Translations under genes and position numbers: made by a program
The notes under the pieces: generated by a model
Seen by the model: only the letters and a program-made list of their open reading frames with translations
Told to the model about the DNA's origin: nothing
Database searches by the model: none
Assembly: GCA_964540135.1 (NCBI GenBank)
Contig: CAZILK010000001.1
Span: forward strand, 17,843-81,842
DNA length: 64,000 nucleotides
Direction of reading: 5' to 3'
From: an uncultured Candidatus Saccharibacteria bacterium
GTDB lineage: Bacteria > Patescibacteriota > WWE3 > UBA101185 > UBA10185
Part shown: positions 49,792 through 58,731 of the stretch, one piece after another
Layout: each line of letters starts with the position of its first letter
How positions within the stretch are numbered: position 1 is the stretch's first letter

Positions 49792-50211
49792 ATGAAAATG
49801 TTTTTAGGGGAGTATTACCCCAACATCACAAACGGCTCAAGATTAGCGCTACCCAAGAAATTACGCGACTTGATTACAGGAGATGACATCATCCTCTCAA
49901 GAGGATTTGAAAAATGCATCTTTTTGTATGACAGAGGGGACTGGATGGAAGAAGCCATTAAGCACGTTGACAATCCGATAAGCGATCCTAAAACACGAGA
50001 ATTAAAAAGGTATATGTACTCATCTGCAAGCGAAACAAGCATTGATAGCCAAGGGAGACTTGTTATCCCTCAGAATTTAAAAGACTATGCAGCGCTTGAT
50101 TTAAAAGTGACGGTTATTGGAGCTGGTGATCACATTGAAATCTGGGATTTAGATAACTGGCAAAAACACATAAGTAAACTATCTGTAAGTTATGCCCTTG
50201 GGGATAACTAA
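49792..50211 (+). CDS. mraZ: Division/cell-wall cluster transcriptional repressor MraZ
   Basis: MFLGEY, RLALPKKLR, RGFEKC, DSQGRLVIP and IGAGDHIEIWD motifs. Confidence 0.95.
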   Translation: MKMFLGEYYPNITNGSRLALPKKLRDLITGDDIILSRGFEKCIFLYDRGDWMEEAIKHVDNPISDPKTRELKRYMYSSASETSIDSQGRLVIPQNLKDYAALDLKVTVIGAGDHIEIWDLDNWQKHISKLSVSYALGDN

Positions 50212-50212
50212 T

Positions 50213-51103
50213 ATGCAGGGTTATCACGAACCGGTCTTACTTGATGAGGTTTTAGCACTTTTACAAGTTAAAAAAGGCGAAGTTTATATAGATGCAACTT
50301 TGGGGGACGGTGGTCATACGATTGAAATACTAAAGCTTGGTGGAACTGTACTTGGAATTGATTACAGTGAATTAAGTCTTGGGAATGCTGTAAAGCGAAT
50401 TAGCGAGCTTAATCTGTCGGCTAAATTTATTCCGGTACTTGGCAATTTCACACAGATTTATGAAATTGCAAAAGACAATAAACTTGAGTCAATTCACGGG
50501 ATACTCTTTGACCTAGGTTATAGCTCAACACAGCTTGATGAGAATCTTGGAATCAGTTTTTTACAGGACCAAGACCTTGATATGCGAATAGATAAATCCC
50601 TAGGAGTTATGGCAAAAGATCTTGTTAATGCCTTGTCGGCACCTGAACTTGAAAGACTATTTCGCGATTATGGGGATGAGAAACTTGCAAGACGATTTGC
50701 TCTTGCCATTTTAGATTATCGTAAGTTAAAGAAGTTTGAAACAACTAGTGAACTTGCAAGTGTAATTAAGACTTGCGCTCCTTTAAGTTACGATAACGGA
50801 AGAATACATCCGGCAACAAGAGTGTTTATGGCGCTTCGGATTGCCGTTAATAACGAACTTGACAATATAAAGTACGCACTGCCTCGGGCTGCACAGTTAG
50901 CTGTAGAATCCATGCTGCCTGGCGGGCGAATGTTAGTTATAAGCTTTCATTCGCTTGAGGATTCTATTGTAAAAACCTTCGGGAAGACTGTGCAGCCTGT
51001 TATGAAAGAGGTTGTTAAAAAACCGGTAGTGCCCTCAGACGCTGAAGTTGCGAGAAACCCTCGTAGTAGAAGTGCAAAAATGCGTGTTTTTGAAAAAATA
51101 TAG
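50213..51103 (+). CDS. rsmH: 16S rRNA m4C1402 methyltransferase
   Basis: HEPVLL, DATLGDGGH, DLGYSS.QLD, HPATRVF, ISFHSLED and NPRSRSAK motifs. Start refined to 50213. Confidence 0.95.
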   Translation: MQGYHEPVLLDEVLALLQVKKGEVYIDATLGDGGHTIEILKLGGTVLGIDYSELSLGNAVKRISELNLSAKFIPVLGNFTQIYEIAKDNKLESIHGILFDLGYSSTQLDENLGISFLQDQDLDMRIDKSLGVMAKDLVNALSAPELERLFRDYGDEKLARRFALAILDYRKLKKFETTSELASVIKTCAPLSYDNGRIHPATRVFMALRIAVNNELDNIKYALPRAAQLAVESMLPGGRMLVISFHSLEDSIVKTFGKTVQPVMKEVVKKPVVPSDAEVARNPRSRSAKMRVFEKI

Positions 51104-51104
51104 T

Positions 51105-51437
51105 ATGAAAAAAATAAACTGCATAGTAAATAAAAAATCTGAATGCAGCTACCCTAAATGTAAGGCTTTTCTTTGCCTTAGCTTTATGTGTTTTGTAGCA
51201 ACACTTCTTGCTCAAGTTGTTGTATCCAATAAGTTTGCTGTTAAAGGTGCTGAATTATCTTATCTCCTTGAAAGACAAAAAACTCTTGAAAAAGAAATTT
51301 ATGCATCGGAGCTTAAAATATCTCAACTTGCTTCACTCTCTTATGTTGAAAAACAAGCTGCAAAGCTTGGGTTCAGTCAGGTATCTGGCAATATTGTTTA
51401 TCTGGATAGTCCAACATTTGCGCTTAAGCTCCAATGA
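51105..51437 (+). CDS. ftsL: FtsL-like division protein
   Basis: Lies between rsmH and the PBP gene; one TM helix, a coiled coil and 'VEKQAAKLGF'. Start refined to 51105. Confidence 0.7.
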   Translation: MKKINCIVNKKSECSYPKCKAFLCLSFMCFVATLLAQVVVSNKFAVKGAELSYLLERQKTLEKEIYASELKISQLASLSYVEKQAAKLGFSQVSGNIVYLDSPTFALKLQ

Positions 51438-53176
51438 GGAAAAAACACCTCCCAAGCTACACTTTTTCAAGATCAGATGTTGTGTTCGCGGTTTTTGTAG
51501 TCACATCAGCCATTTTCATTGTTAAGCTTTTTACAATTCAAGTTACAAGACATGAAGTTTTGGCAGCTCAAGCGACAAAGCAATATCAAAATCTTCAGCA
51601 GATCCAAGCTAAACGAGGCAATATATACACAAGAGACATGTATCCGCTAGCAGCAACTCAAAAAGCATATCTTATGTTTTTTGAGCCAAAGCTAGTTACT
51701 GATTTTACAAAGACCTCTCAAGCAGTTTCAAAAATTCTTGCTGGAGGGGATTCTAAACTTTACGAGACTTATAACTCTAGATTTCTTGATCTGCTTAAAC
51801 TTGATCTATACTGGGTTGCGGCAGAACATGAGATCTTGCCTGAAACAAAAAATAAGCTTGAGGAGCTAAATATTAAGGGGGTTGGGTTTGAAGAAGAGCC
51901 GATAAGATTTTATCCGGAGAAAAGGCTTGCTTCTCATGTACTTGGGTATGTTGCCAAAAATAAAGCTGGAACCATTCAGGGTTATTTTGGTGTGGAGGGG
52001 TACTTTAACGGGGACTTACAAGGTAAGCCTGGTCGAGTAATTCAGGAGAGAGATGCAACTGGAAGCCCAATTCTTGTTGGCAAGTATAAAAAAGATGATC
52101 CAATTAATGGAACTGATATTGTTTTAACACTTGATAGATCAATTCAGTATATGGTTGAGAAAAAACTTGTAGAAGGTGTTAAAAAATATGAAGCAGATTT
52201 TGGAAGCGTTATTGTTATGGACGCTTTAACCGGTCAAATACTAGCACTAGCAAACTTCCCTGATTACGATCCTTCAAGCTTAACTTTTGATGAAGAGGCT
52301 AAAGATATGTACTCAGATCAAAAAATTAACTTTGCAGTTTCAGAGGTATATGAACCGGGTTCAGTTATTAAAGCACTAACTGTAAGCTCCGGAATTGATA
52401 CCGGAGTTATTTCCCCAAGCACAACTTTTACAGACGGAGGACCTGTCACTTATTCTGATTACACAATTGATAACTGGGATGGGAAGCATCATGGGGTGCA
52501 AACAATCACAGAACTTCTTCAAAAATCAAATAACATAGGTTCGTCTTGGGTTGCGCACCAAGTAGGAGGAAAAAATTTATATAAATATTTTAGGAGCTTT
52601 GGACTTGGCTCCCGTTCCGGTATTGAGCTTGAAGGCGAAGATTCAGGTTTCTTAAAGGCCGAAGACACCTTAACTGATATTGATCTCGCAACATCAGGCT
52701 TTGGCCAAGGCATGTCAGCTACCCCACTTCAAGTATTAAATGCGTTTAATACTATTGCTAATGACGGCATACTCCTCAGGCCAAGAATTGTAATGGAGAT
52801 GCGGGAAGCTGATCGTGTTATTACGCTTAGTACAAAGCCTGTTAAAAGAGTTATGTCAAAAAAGTCTGCAGATACAGTTGAGAAAATGCTTGAGGAGGCA
52901 GCAGTTGGAGGAGAAGCAAAATACTTTGTGTTAAAAAACTATAAAATTGCCGGTAAAACTGGAACTGCTCAGATACCAAAAGACGGTAAGTACGATCCAA
53001 ACGAAACAAACGCTACATTTGTTGGTTACCTGTCAGGGGAAAAGAAGATTTCTATGCTTGTTAAATTAAATAGGCCTAAAACAAGCCCGTATGCTGCTGA
53101 GACGGCAGTTCCTATGTGGATGGATATTGCAACCGAGATGATTAAATACTACGGTATAGCACCTGACAGGCTTTAA
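51434..53176 (+). CDS. ftsI: Class B penicillin-binding protein (FtsI-like)
   Basis: RGNIY, RFYP, EPGSVIK (SxxK), SNN (SxN) and KTGT motifs; dcw position. Confidence 0.88.
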   Translation: MRKKHLPSYTFSRSDVVFAVFVVTSAIFIVKLFTIQVTRHEVLAAQATKQYQNLQQIQAKRGNIYTRDMYPLAATQKAYLMFFEPKLVTDFTKTSQAVSKILAGGDSKLYETYNSRFLDLLKLDLYWVAAEHEILPETKNKLEELNIKGVGFEEEPIRFYPEKRLASHVLGYVAKNKAGTIQGYFGVEGYFNGDLQGKPGRVIQERDATGSPILVGKYKKDDPINGTDIVLTLDRSIQYMVEKKLVEGVKKYEADFGSVIVMDALTGQILALANFPDYDPSSLTFDEEAKDMYSDQKINFAVSEVYEPGSVIKALTVSSGIDTGVISPSTTFTDGGPVTYSDYTIDNWDGKHHGVQTITELLQKSNNIGSSWVAHQVGGKNLYKYFRSFGLGSRSGIELEGEDSGFLKAEDTLTDIDLATSGFGQGMSATPLQVLNAFNTIANDGILLRPRIVMEMREADRVITLSTKPVKRVMSKKSADTVEKMLEEAAVGGEAKYFVLKNYKIAGKTGTAQIPKDGKYDPNETNATFVGYLSGEKKISMLVKLNRPKTSPYAAETAVPMWMDIATEMIKYYGIAPDRL

Positions 53177-54201
53177 GGAGTAGTTTTTTCTATTGTGCTG
53201 ACAGGCTCAGCTTCAACATCTGGTTTTTTAACACCGTTTAGTTCGTCTTGTACTGCTAGTTTAAAACTACTGAAAGAATCTCCTCCAATTGGTGCTAGTA
53301 CCCAAGCACCTCCATATTCTTCCATAGGTGGTGTAAACAAATAGTCGTAATCAAGATACAATGAAGAAATTGTGTATTTCTCATAATCTTTGTGTAAGTC
53401 CCACAAATAGCCTACATCTGAAAGTGCGAGGTTTGTATCCATTCTACCCTTTGTAACCATATCAAATGCTTTACTAAGTTCCATGTTTTTAAATATACTG
53501 CTTGGCTGCTTCACAGCCTTTAGCATCCCTTTTAATATTAAGTGTTGGCGTTTCATTCTGCCCCAGTCCCCGTTATCGTTATCGCCTTTTCTGCTTCTTG
53601 AGAATATTAAGGCTCTTTCGCCGTTTAGTACTTCTTTACCCTCTGTAAATGTAACTGTTTGATATTCAAACGTAGCATCAACCGGGTATTGCGAATCAGT
53701 GAATGTTGTTTCAACATCAACAGGCACACCTCCCATAGAATCAACAATCCATGAAAAGTCCTCAAAATCAGTCAGTACAAACTTCTCAGGTCTAAGACCG
53801 GTTATTTCTTCCATTGCATTTTGCATCTCTCCCCATCCGTCTTGAATGTAGGTTGCGTTTATTCTGCCTGTTTTCCACCACAAATCTCTTGGGACTGAGA
53901 TCATAACTGCTTTGTTTTTCACCTTATCCACCGATACTAAGATCATAATATCTGTTCTGTACCCTTCATTCTTACTTCTTCTATCAACACCAAGTAGCAT
54001 AAAGGTAGTTTTATCACTTTTTGCAAGTGCGCTGTTGTGATCACTGCTGTTGCTTTCAGTCCTTCTCTTATCACTTTGATCGTAATTTGCCTTAGGGTCG
54101 GCAAAGGTTGCTGGAGTTTGATTTTGATCGATAAAATAGTAGCCAATTCCAAAGATAGTGAAAAATGCAAAGAACGCGCATATAAACTTTAAAATTTTCA
54201 T
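53173..54201 (-). CDS. LCP (LytR-CpsA-Psr) family glycopolymer transferase
   Basis: N-terminal TM; LLGVD, RTDIMIL, SVPRDLW, RINA, VDSMGGV and SRSR...DWGRMKRQ motifs. Confidence 0.92.
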   Translation of the reverse strand: MKILKFICAFFAFFTIFGIGYYFIDQNQTPATFADPKANYDQSDKRRTESNSSDHNSALAKSDKTTFMLLGVDRRSKNEGYRTDIMILVSVDKVKNKAVMISVPRDLWWKTGRINATYIQDGWGEMQNAMEEITGLRPEKFVLTDFEDFSWIVDSMGGVPVDVETTFTDSQYPVDATFEYQTVTFTEGKEVLNGERALIFSRSRKGDNDNGDWGRMKRQHLILKGMLKAVKQPSSIFKNMELSKAFDMVTKGRMDTNLALSDVGYLWDLHKDYEKYTISSLYLDYDYLFTPPMEEYGGAWVLAPIGGDSFSSFKLAVQDELNGVKKPDVEAEPVSTIEKTTP

Positions 54202-54277
54202 GAAAGGATTTTACCTCAGATTTCTTTATGTAGAAAGCAATATATTCTCAAAATGGTTTAGGTTGTATAATTTCAGC

Positions 54278-55174
54278 ATGCATAAAAAAGTTACCAAAGC
54301 TGTTATTCCGGCTGCAGGATTTGGGACAAGATTTTTACCACAAACAAAGGCTATGCCAAAGGAGATGTTGCCTCTTGTTGATAAGCCAATCATCCAATAC
54401 ATAGTTGAGAACCTTGTAGATGCCGGTATCAAAGACATCATAATTGTTACCGGTTATCATAAAAGATCTATCGAGGATCATTTTGATACGCCTTCTCAAG
54501 ACTTAATCGAAAACTTAAAAGCTGGCGGTGATAAAAAGCTTGGACTTCTCTCAGATGTTGAGCGCATTGCCTCAATGGCAAACTTTGTGTATTTGAGGCA
54601 AAAAGGCCCTTACGGTAACGGTACCCCGCTTCTCAATGTATCTCATCTACTACGCGATGAGCCTTTTTTATATGTATGGGGTGATGATATGGTCGATTCT
54701 GAGCCAAATGAATTTAAACAGTTAATCTCAGCTTACGAAAAATATGGCCATTCTTGCCTTGCGTGTGTGCGAGCAGGGTCGGATGAAGATTACGATAGGT
54801 ATGGGTTTATATCAGGCGAGCTCTTAGAAGACGGTGTTTACAAAGTTGATAAACTCATTGAGAAACCTGGTAAGGACAGTGCACCGTCTAATCTAGGTGC
54901 CGTGTCTAGTTTTTTATACACCCCGGATGTATTTAATTACGTTGATGCTGCAATAAATGATTTGGGAGATAAATCTGAACTCTATTGGGTCGATGTGCTT
55001 GAGCGTATGATGGCTGATGGCGTGCCTGTTCTTGGAATTGAGATCAAAAACGGTAAGTTTCTAGACTTAGGCAATAAATTTGAGTATTTAAAGGCAGTTG
55101 TTGAATTTGGACTTAGGGATAAAGAGATTGGCGATGATTTATTAAAATGGATAAAACATTTCTGTAGGTTTTAG
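54278..55174 (+). CDS. galU: UTP--glucose-1-phosphate uridylyltransferase
   Basis: KAVIPAAGFGTRFLP.TKAMPKEMLP, EDHFD and IEKP motifs. Start refined to ATG 54278. Confidence 0.92.
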   Translation: MHKKVTKAVIPAAGFGTRFLPQTKAMPKEMLPLVDKPIIQYIVENLVDAGIKDIIIVTGYHKRSIEDHFDTPSQDLIENLKAGGDKKLGLLSDVERIASMANFVYLRQKGPYGNGTPLLNVSHLLRDEPFLYVWGDDMVDSEPNEFKQLISAYEKYGHSCLACVRAGSDEDYDRYGFISGELLEDGVYKVDKLIEKPGKDSAPSNLGAVSSFLYTPDVFNYVDAAINDLGDKSELYWVDVLERMMADGVPVLGIEIKNGKFLDLGNKFEYLKAVVEFGLRDKEIGDDLLKWIKHFCRF

Positions 55175-55242
55175 GCAACTTCTAGTTTACAAAAGATCCA
55201 TAAAGTCTTGCACTCCTATTTTTAATCCACTATCATAAAGCT

Positions 55243-55647
55243 ATGAGTAAGAACATATTAGTTGTTGAAGACGATATTCAATTTTACACACTATACGGCA
55301 CTGAACTTCAGTCCAGAGGTTATAAAGTAACTAATGTTTCAGACGGTGCACTTGCAGTTCAGGCAATTCAAGACCAAAAACCTGATCTTGTGCTTCTTGA
55401 CCTTGTTTTACCAGGCAGAAACGGGCTTGATATTCTAAGAGATATTCGCTCTCAAGCAGCTCTCGAGTCTTTAAAAGTCGTAGTTTTAACAAACTATGGT
55501 GGTGAGGAAAATGTTAGTACGGCTCTTGAGCTTGGTGCAACTGATTATGTTATGAAATATAAAATAGTCCCTTCCGAACTCGCCGATAAGATTGCATCGC
55601 TGTTTGGCGACACAGGCGGATCGGTAGTTAATATGACTAATTTGTAG
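55243..55647 (+). CDS. Single-domain response regulator (CheY-like)
   Basis: ILVVEDD, LLDLVLP..NG, LTN and GATDYVMK motifs. Confidence 0.9.
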   Translation: MSKNILVVEDDIQFYTLYGTELQSRGYKVTNVSDGALAVQAIQDQKPDLVLLDLVLPGRNGLDILRDIRSQAALESLKVVVLTNYGGEENVSTALELGATDYVMKYKIVPSELADKIASLFGDTGGSVVNMTNL

Positions 55648-55649
55648 AC

Positions 55650-57296
55650 ATGAACCTAAACTCAATCTGGGTACTGCTCATACTCTCGTCTCTGTTAATC
55701 TCGTTTCTAACCATCTATATCCATCTTAAAGCATCCAAAGTCTTAAAAGATAAGCTTGAGAAAAAAGAACTTGAGTATAAACATCAAGCATACGAAACAC
55801 TTCTGCTTGATCTTATTCATCAAAAGTTTGGGTATGTTATTGATATCAATAAAATTCTTGATACTGTTGTTGAATCTCTGTCTTCAATTATTGGATATAC
55901 AGCAGTCTCATACATTCATATAACGCCTGCAAAAATGCGGTTTCGGTTTCATATGTTTGAACAAACCCCACAATCTTATCTTGAAGAAGTTAAAAGTAGG
56001 CTGATAAATGACTCTCTCAAAGACTACGCTTCAATTAAAATCCAAAATTACATGGAAGAGACAGTTTCGGGAAACCTGATAAATGATGCACTTGTTTTTG
56101 AACCAAAGTCGTTTATAGATATCCCTGTACTAATTGATGAGGATTTAGTCGGCGTAATTCTAGTTACCTCAAGATATGATAATTTCTATAAAGAAGATGA
56201 CTCAAATCTTGCTAGAAAATCAATCTCAAGAGTCTTTGTTGAGGTTGCGAGACTTAAAAAACTAATTGATGGAGAGAAAACAAAGCTTGAGGTGCTCGTA
56301 GATAGTATGGATTCAGGAGTAATTTTGATCGGAGAAGATTTCTCAATTATTGCAATAAATAATACATGTGTTGAGCTACTTGAACTAAAGAGTAAAACAG
56401 ACACAACAATCTTTGAGATCGCAGCCTCTTTTACTAAGGTGTTTCCGCTTGATCTTGCTCTAGCTGAGGTACTTAAAGAAGAAAAACATAAGCAGTATAA
56501 AGATATTGCTTATAACGATAAATATTTTGATGTAACAATCCTTCCAATTAACAGTGCGGTTACTAAAAAATCAGTAGGAATAATTATTAATGACAGAACT
56601 GATGAACATAAGTTTAGCCAGATTAAAGACGATTTTATTTCAATGGTTGTGCATGAACTAAGATCCCCCTTAACTATAATAAAAGGCACGGCCGACATGT
56701 TAATTAAAAGAGGGGACGATATGCTTGGAAATCAAAAGATTACACTTCTACAGCAGGTGGAGGATTCATCCTCAAGATTAATCGGACTTGTAAATGATTT
56801 ACTAGATTCAGCTAAAATTGAAGCTGGTAAGATTTCAATTCGTAAAACACAAAATGATTTAAATAAGACATTACTTGAGGTTGTTAACGAGTACTCACAA
56901 TCTGCAAAAGACAAAAAGCTTTTCTTATCTGTTGATACTGATATTCAAATTGCAATGTTTAAGTTTGATGCTGACCGGGTAAAACAAGTATTAACAAACC
57001 TTATTGCTAATGCATTGAAGTTTACAAAAACGGGAGGAGTTCATGTTTCATCAAACCTTAAAAACGGCTTTGCTGAGGTTAGTGTTGCAGATACTGGAAT
57101 CGGGATTAGTGAGAGTGATAAGGCTGAACTGTTTAATAAGTATACCCAGCTTCAGAAAACTAAAACCAAAGAAAACGGTACCGGTCTTGGACTTGTTATT
57201 GCCAAAGGTATAGTTGAGGCACATGGGGGTAATATTTATGTTTTGGATAATAAACCTGTTGGTGCTGTTTTTAAATTTACACTTCCTGTAAACTGA
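55650..57296 (+). CDS. Sensor histidine kinase (TM, GAF-like, PAS-like, HisKA, HATPase)
   Basis: HELRSPL, NLIANALKFT, DTGIGI, GTGLGL and HGG motifs. Confidence 0.92.
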   Translation: MNLNSIWVLLILSSLLISFLTIYIHLKASKVLKDKLEKKELEYKHQAYETLLLDLIHQKFGYVIDINKILDTVVESLSSIIGYTAVSYIHITPAKMRFRFHMFEQTPQSYLEEVKSRLINDSLKDYASIKIQNYMEETVSGNLINDALVFEPKSFIDIPVLIDEDLVGVILVTSRYDNFYKEDDSNLARKSISRVFVEVARLKKLIDGEKTKLEVLVDSMDSGVILIGEDFSIIAINNTCVELLELKSKTDTTIFEIAASFTKVFPLDLALAEVLKEEKHKQYKDIAYNDKYFDVTILPINSAVTKKSVGIIINDRTDEHKFSQIKDDFISMVVHELRSPLTIIKGTADMLIKRGDDMLGNQKITLLQQVEDSSSRLIGLVNDLLDSAKIEAGKISIRKTQNDLNKTLLEVVNEYSQSAKDKKLFLSVDTDIQIAMFKFDADRVKQVLTNLIANALKFTKTGGVHVSSNLKNGFAEVSVADTGIGISESDKAELFNKYTQLQKTKTKENGTGLGLVIAKGIVEAHGGNIYVLDNKPVGAVFKFTLPVN

Positions 57297-57300
57297 AGAT

Positions 57301-58707
57301 ATGATTCTGCCAACAAGTATTTTTCGAAGATATGATATTCGCGGCGTCTACCCTGAGGAAATAAATGAAGCAGCAGCTCTGCATATCGGTCGTGGCTTTG
57401 GGACTTTTTTCAACTCAAAAGGTATTAAGAATATAGTTGTGGGCAGGGATAATAGACTAAGCTCGCCATCGGTTGCTAAAAACTTTATTGAGGGTGTTTT
57501 AAGCACCGGTTGTAATGTTACGTTTATAGATATTACTCTAACCCCAGTTATTCATTTTTTAACATGCACAGGAAGCTTTGACGCCGGAATAATGGTTACG
57601 GCAAGTCATAATCCTGCAAACTTTAATGGGTTTAGAGTCGATTATAAAAATGCAGTACCGCTTCATGGAACCGATCTTAAGCAGATCGAAAGCATAATAA
57701 CTAAAGAGGATTATATTGAGGGTGAGGGGTTACTTCTTGAACAAGATTTAAATTATCTATATACAGATTTCCTGAAAACTAAATTCCCAAATCTCGCTAA
57801 ACTTAAAGTTGTTATTGATACAGGGAATGGCGCTGCGTCAGTTATAGCGCCGAAGTTTTTTACAGAACTTGGGTGTGAAGTTATAGGAAGTAACACCGAT
57901 ATCGCGGGTGGTTTTAAACTTGGGATACCGGATCCTGAAGATCCACTTATGATGGAGAGGGTATCAAAAGAAGTATTAGACAGTGGTGCAGAGACTGGCT
58001 TTGCCTTTGATGAAGACGCTGACCGGTTTGGCCTTGTTGATTCTCAAGGTCTTCATTATGGATCCGATAAAGTTCTGATGCTTTTTGCCAAAAATGAACT
58101 TGAGAGAAAAAAGGGAGTAATTGTTTTTGATGTTAAATCTTCGCAAACATTGTATAACTTTATTCAAAGTGAGGGCGGTGTGCCTAAAATGATTAGAACC
58201 GGGCACCCTTTTTTTGTTGAAGAAACTGGCAAAGGCGCTATCCTTGGGGCTGAATTCTCTGGCCATTTTTATTTTGCAAATGATTACTACGGGTTTGATG
58301 ACGGACTTTACGCAGCATGCAAGGTACTTGAAATCCTATCAAAGACAAAGCGCCCGCTTTCAAACTTAATGGAAGAGTTTCCAAAGACATACCATACCGG
58401 TGAGATTAAAGTAACATGTGATGATGCCTCAAAATACTCGATTCTTGAAACACTAACTAAAACTGTTGGGAATATGTCAAGTGGTTACCAAAGATTTGTA
58501 GCTCTTGACGGCTTGCGGGTTAATATTACTGATACTGGATGGTTTCTGATCAGAGCATCTAATACATCCCCGTATTTAAGTATCAGACTTGAAGGTGAAA
58601 ATCTCTCTGTAACTAAACTGCTTCAAGAAAAAGTGTTTCAAATGCTTGACCCGTTTGGTTTAACAGATTCTCATCTTGTTTTAGAAAGTAAGATATTCTA
58701 TTCATAG
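57301..58707 (+). CDS. Phosphomannomutase/phosphoglucomutase
   Basis: FRRYDIRG, TASHNP, FDEDADR, GAEFSGH and RASNT motifs. Confidence 0.93.
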   Translation: MILPTSIFRRYDIRGVYPEEINEAAALHIGRGFGTFFNSKGIKNIVVGRDNRLSSPSVAKNFIEGVLSTGCNVTFIDITLTPVIHFLTCTGSFDAGIMVTASHNPANFNGFRVDYKNAVPLHGTDLKQIESIITKEDYIEGEGLLLEQDLNYLYTDFLKTKFPNLAKLKVVIDTGNGAASVIAPKFFTELGCEVIGSNTDIAGGFKLGIPDPEDPLMMERVSKEVLDSGAETGFAFDEDADRFGLVDSQGLHYGSDKVLMLFAKNELERKKGVIVFDVKSSQTLYNFIQSEGGVPKMIRTGHPFFVEETGKGAILGAEFSGHFYFANDYYGFDDGLYAACKVLEILSKTKRPLSNLMEEFPKTYHTGEIKVTCDDASKYSILETLTKTVGNMSSGYQRFVALDGLRVNITDTGWFLIRASNTSPYLSIRLEGENLSVTKLLQEKVFQMLDPFGLTDSHLVLESKIFYS

Positions 58708-58731
58708 GAGTGTTTGTGCTATCCTTACATT

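Noticed and set aside
54158-54277. Long N-terminal extensions in the ORF track (galU; likewise lexA, fcl, asnB, ftsL, ppsA and the 14154 MTase)
   Set aside because: The extensions overlap neighbouring genes or promoter boxes. Downstream ATGs match the family N-termini or the -10 spacing.
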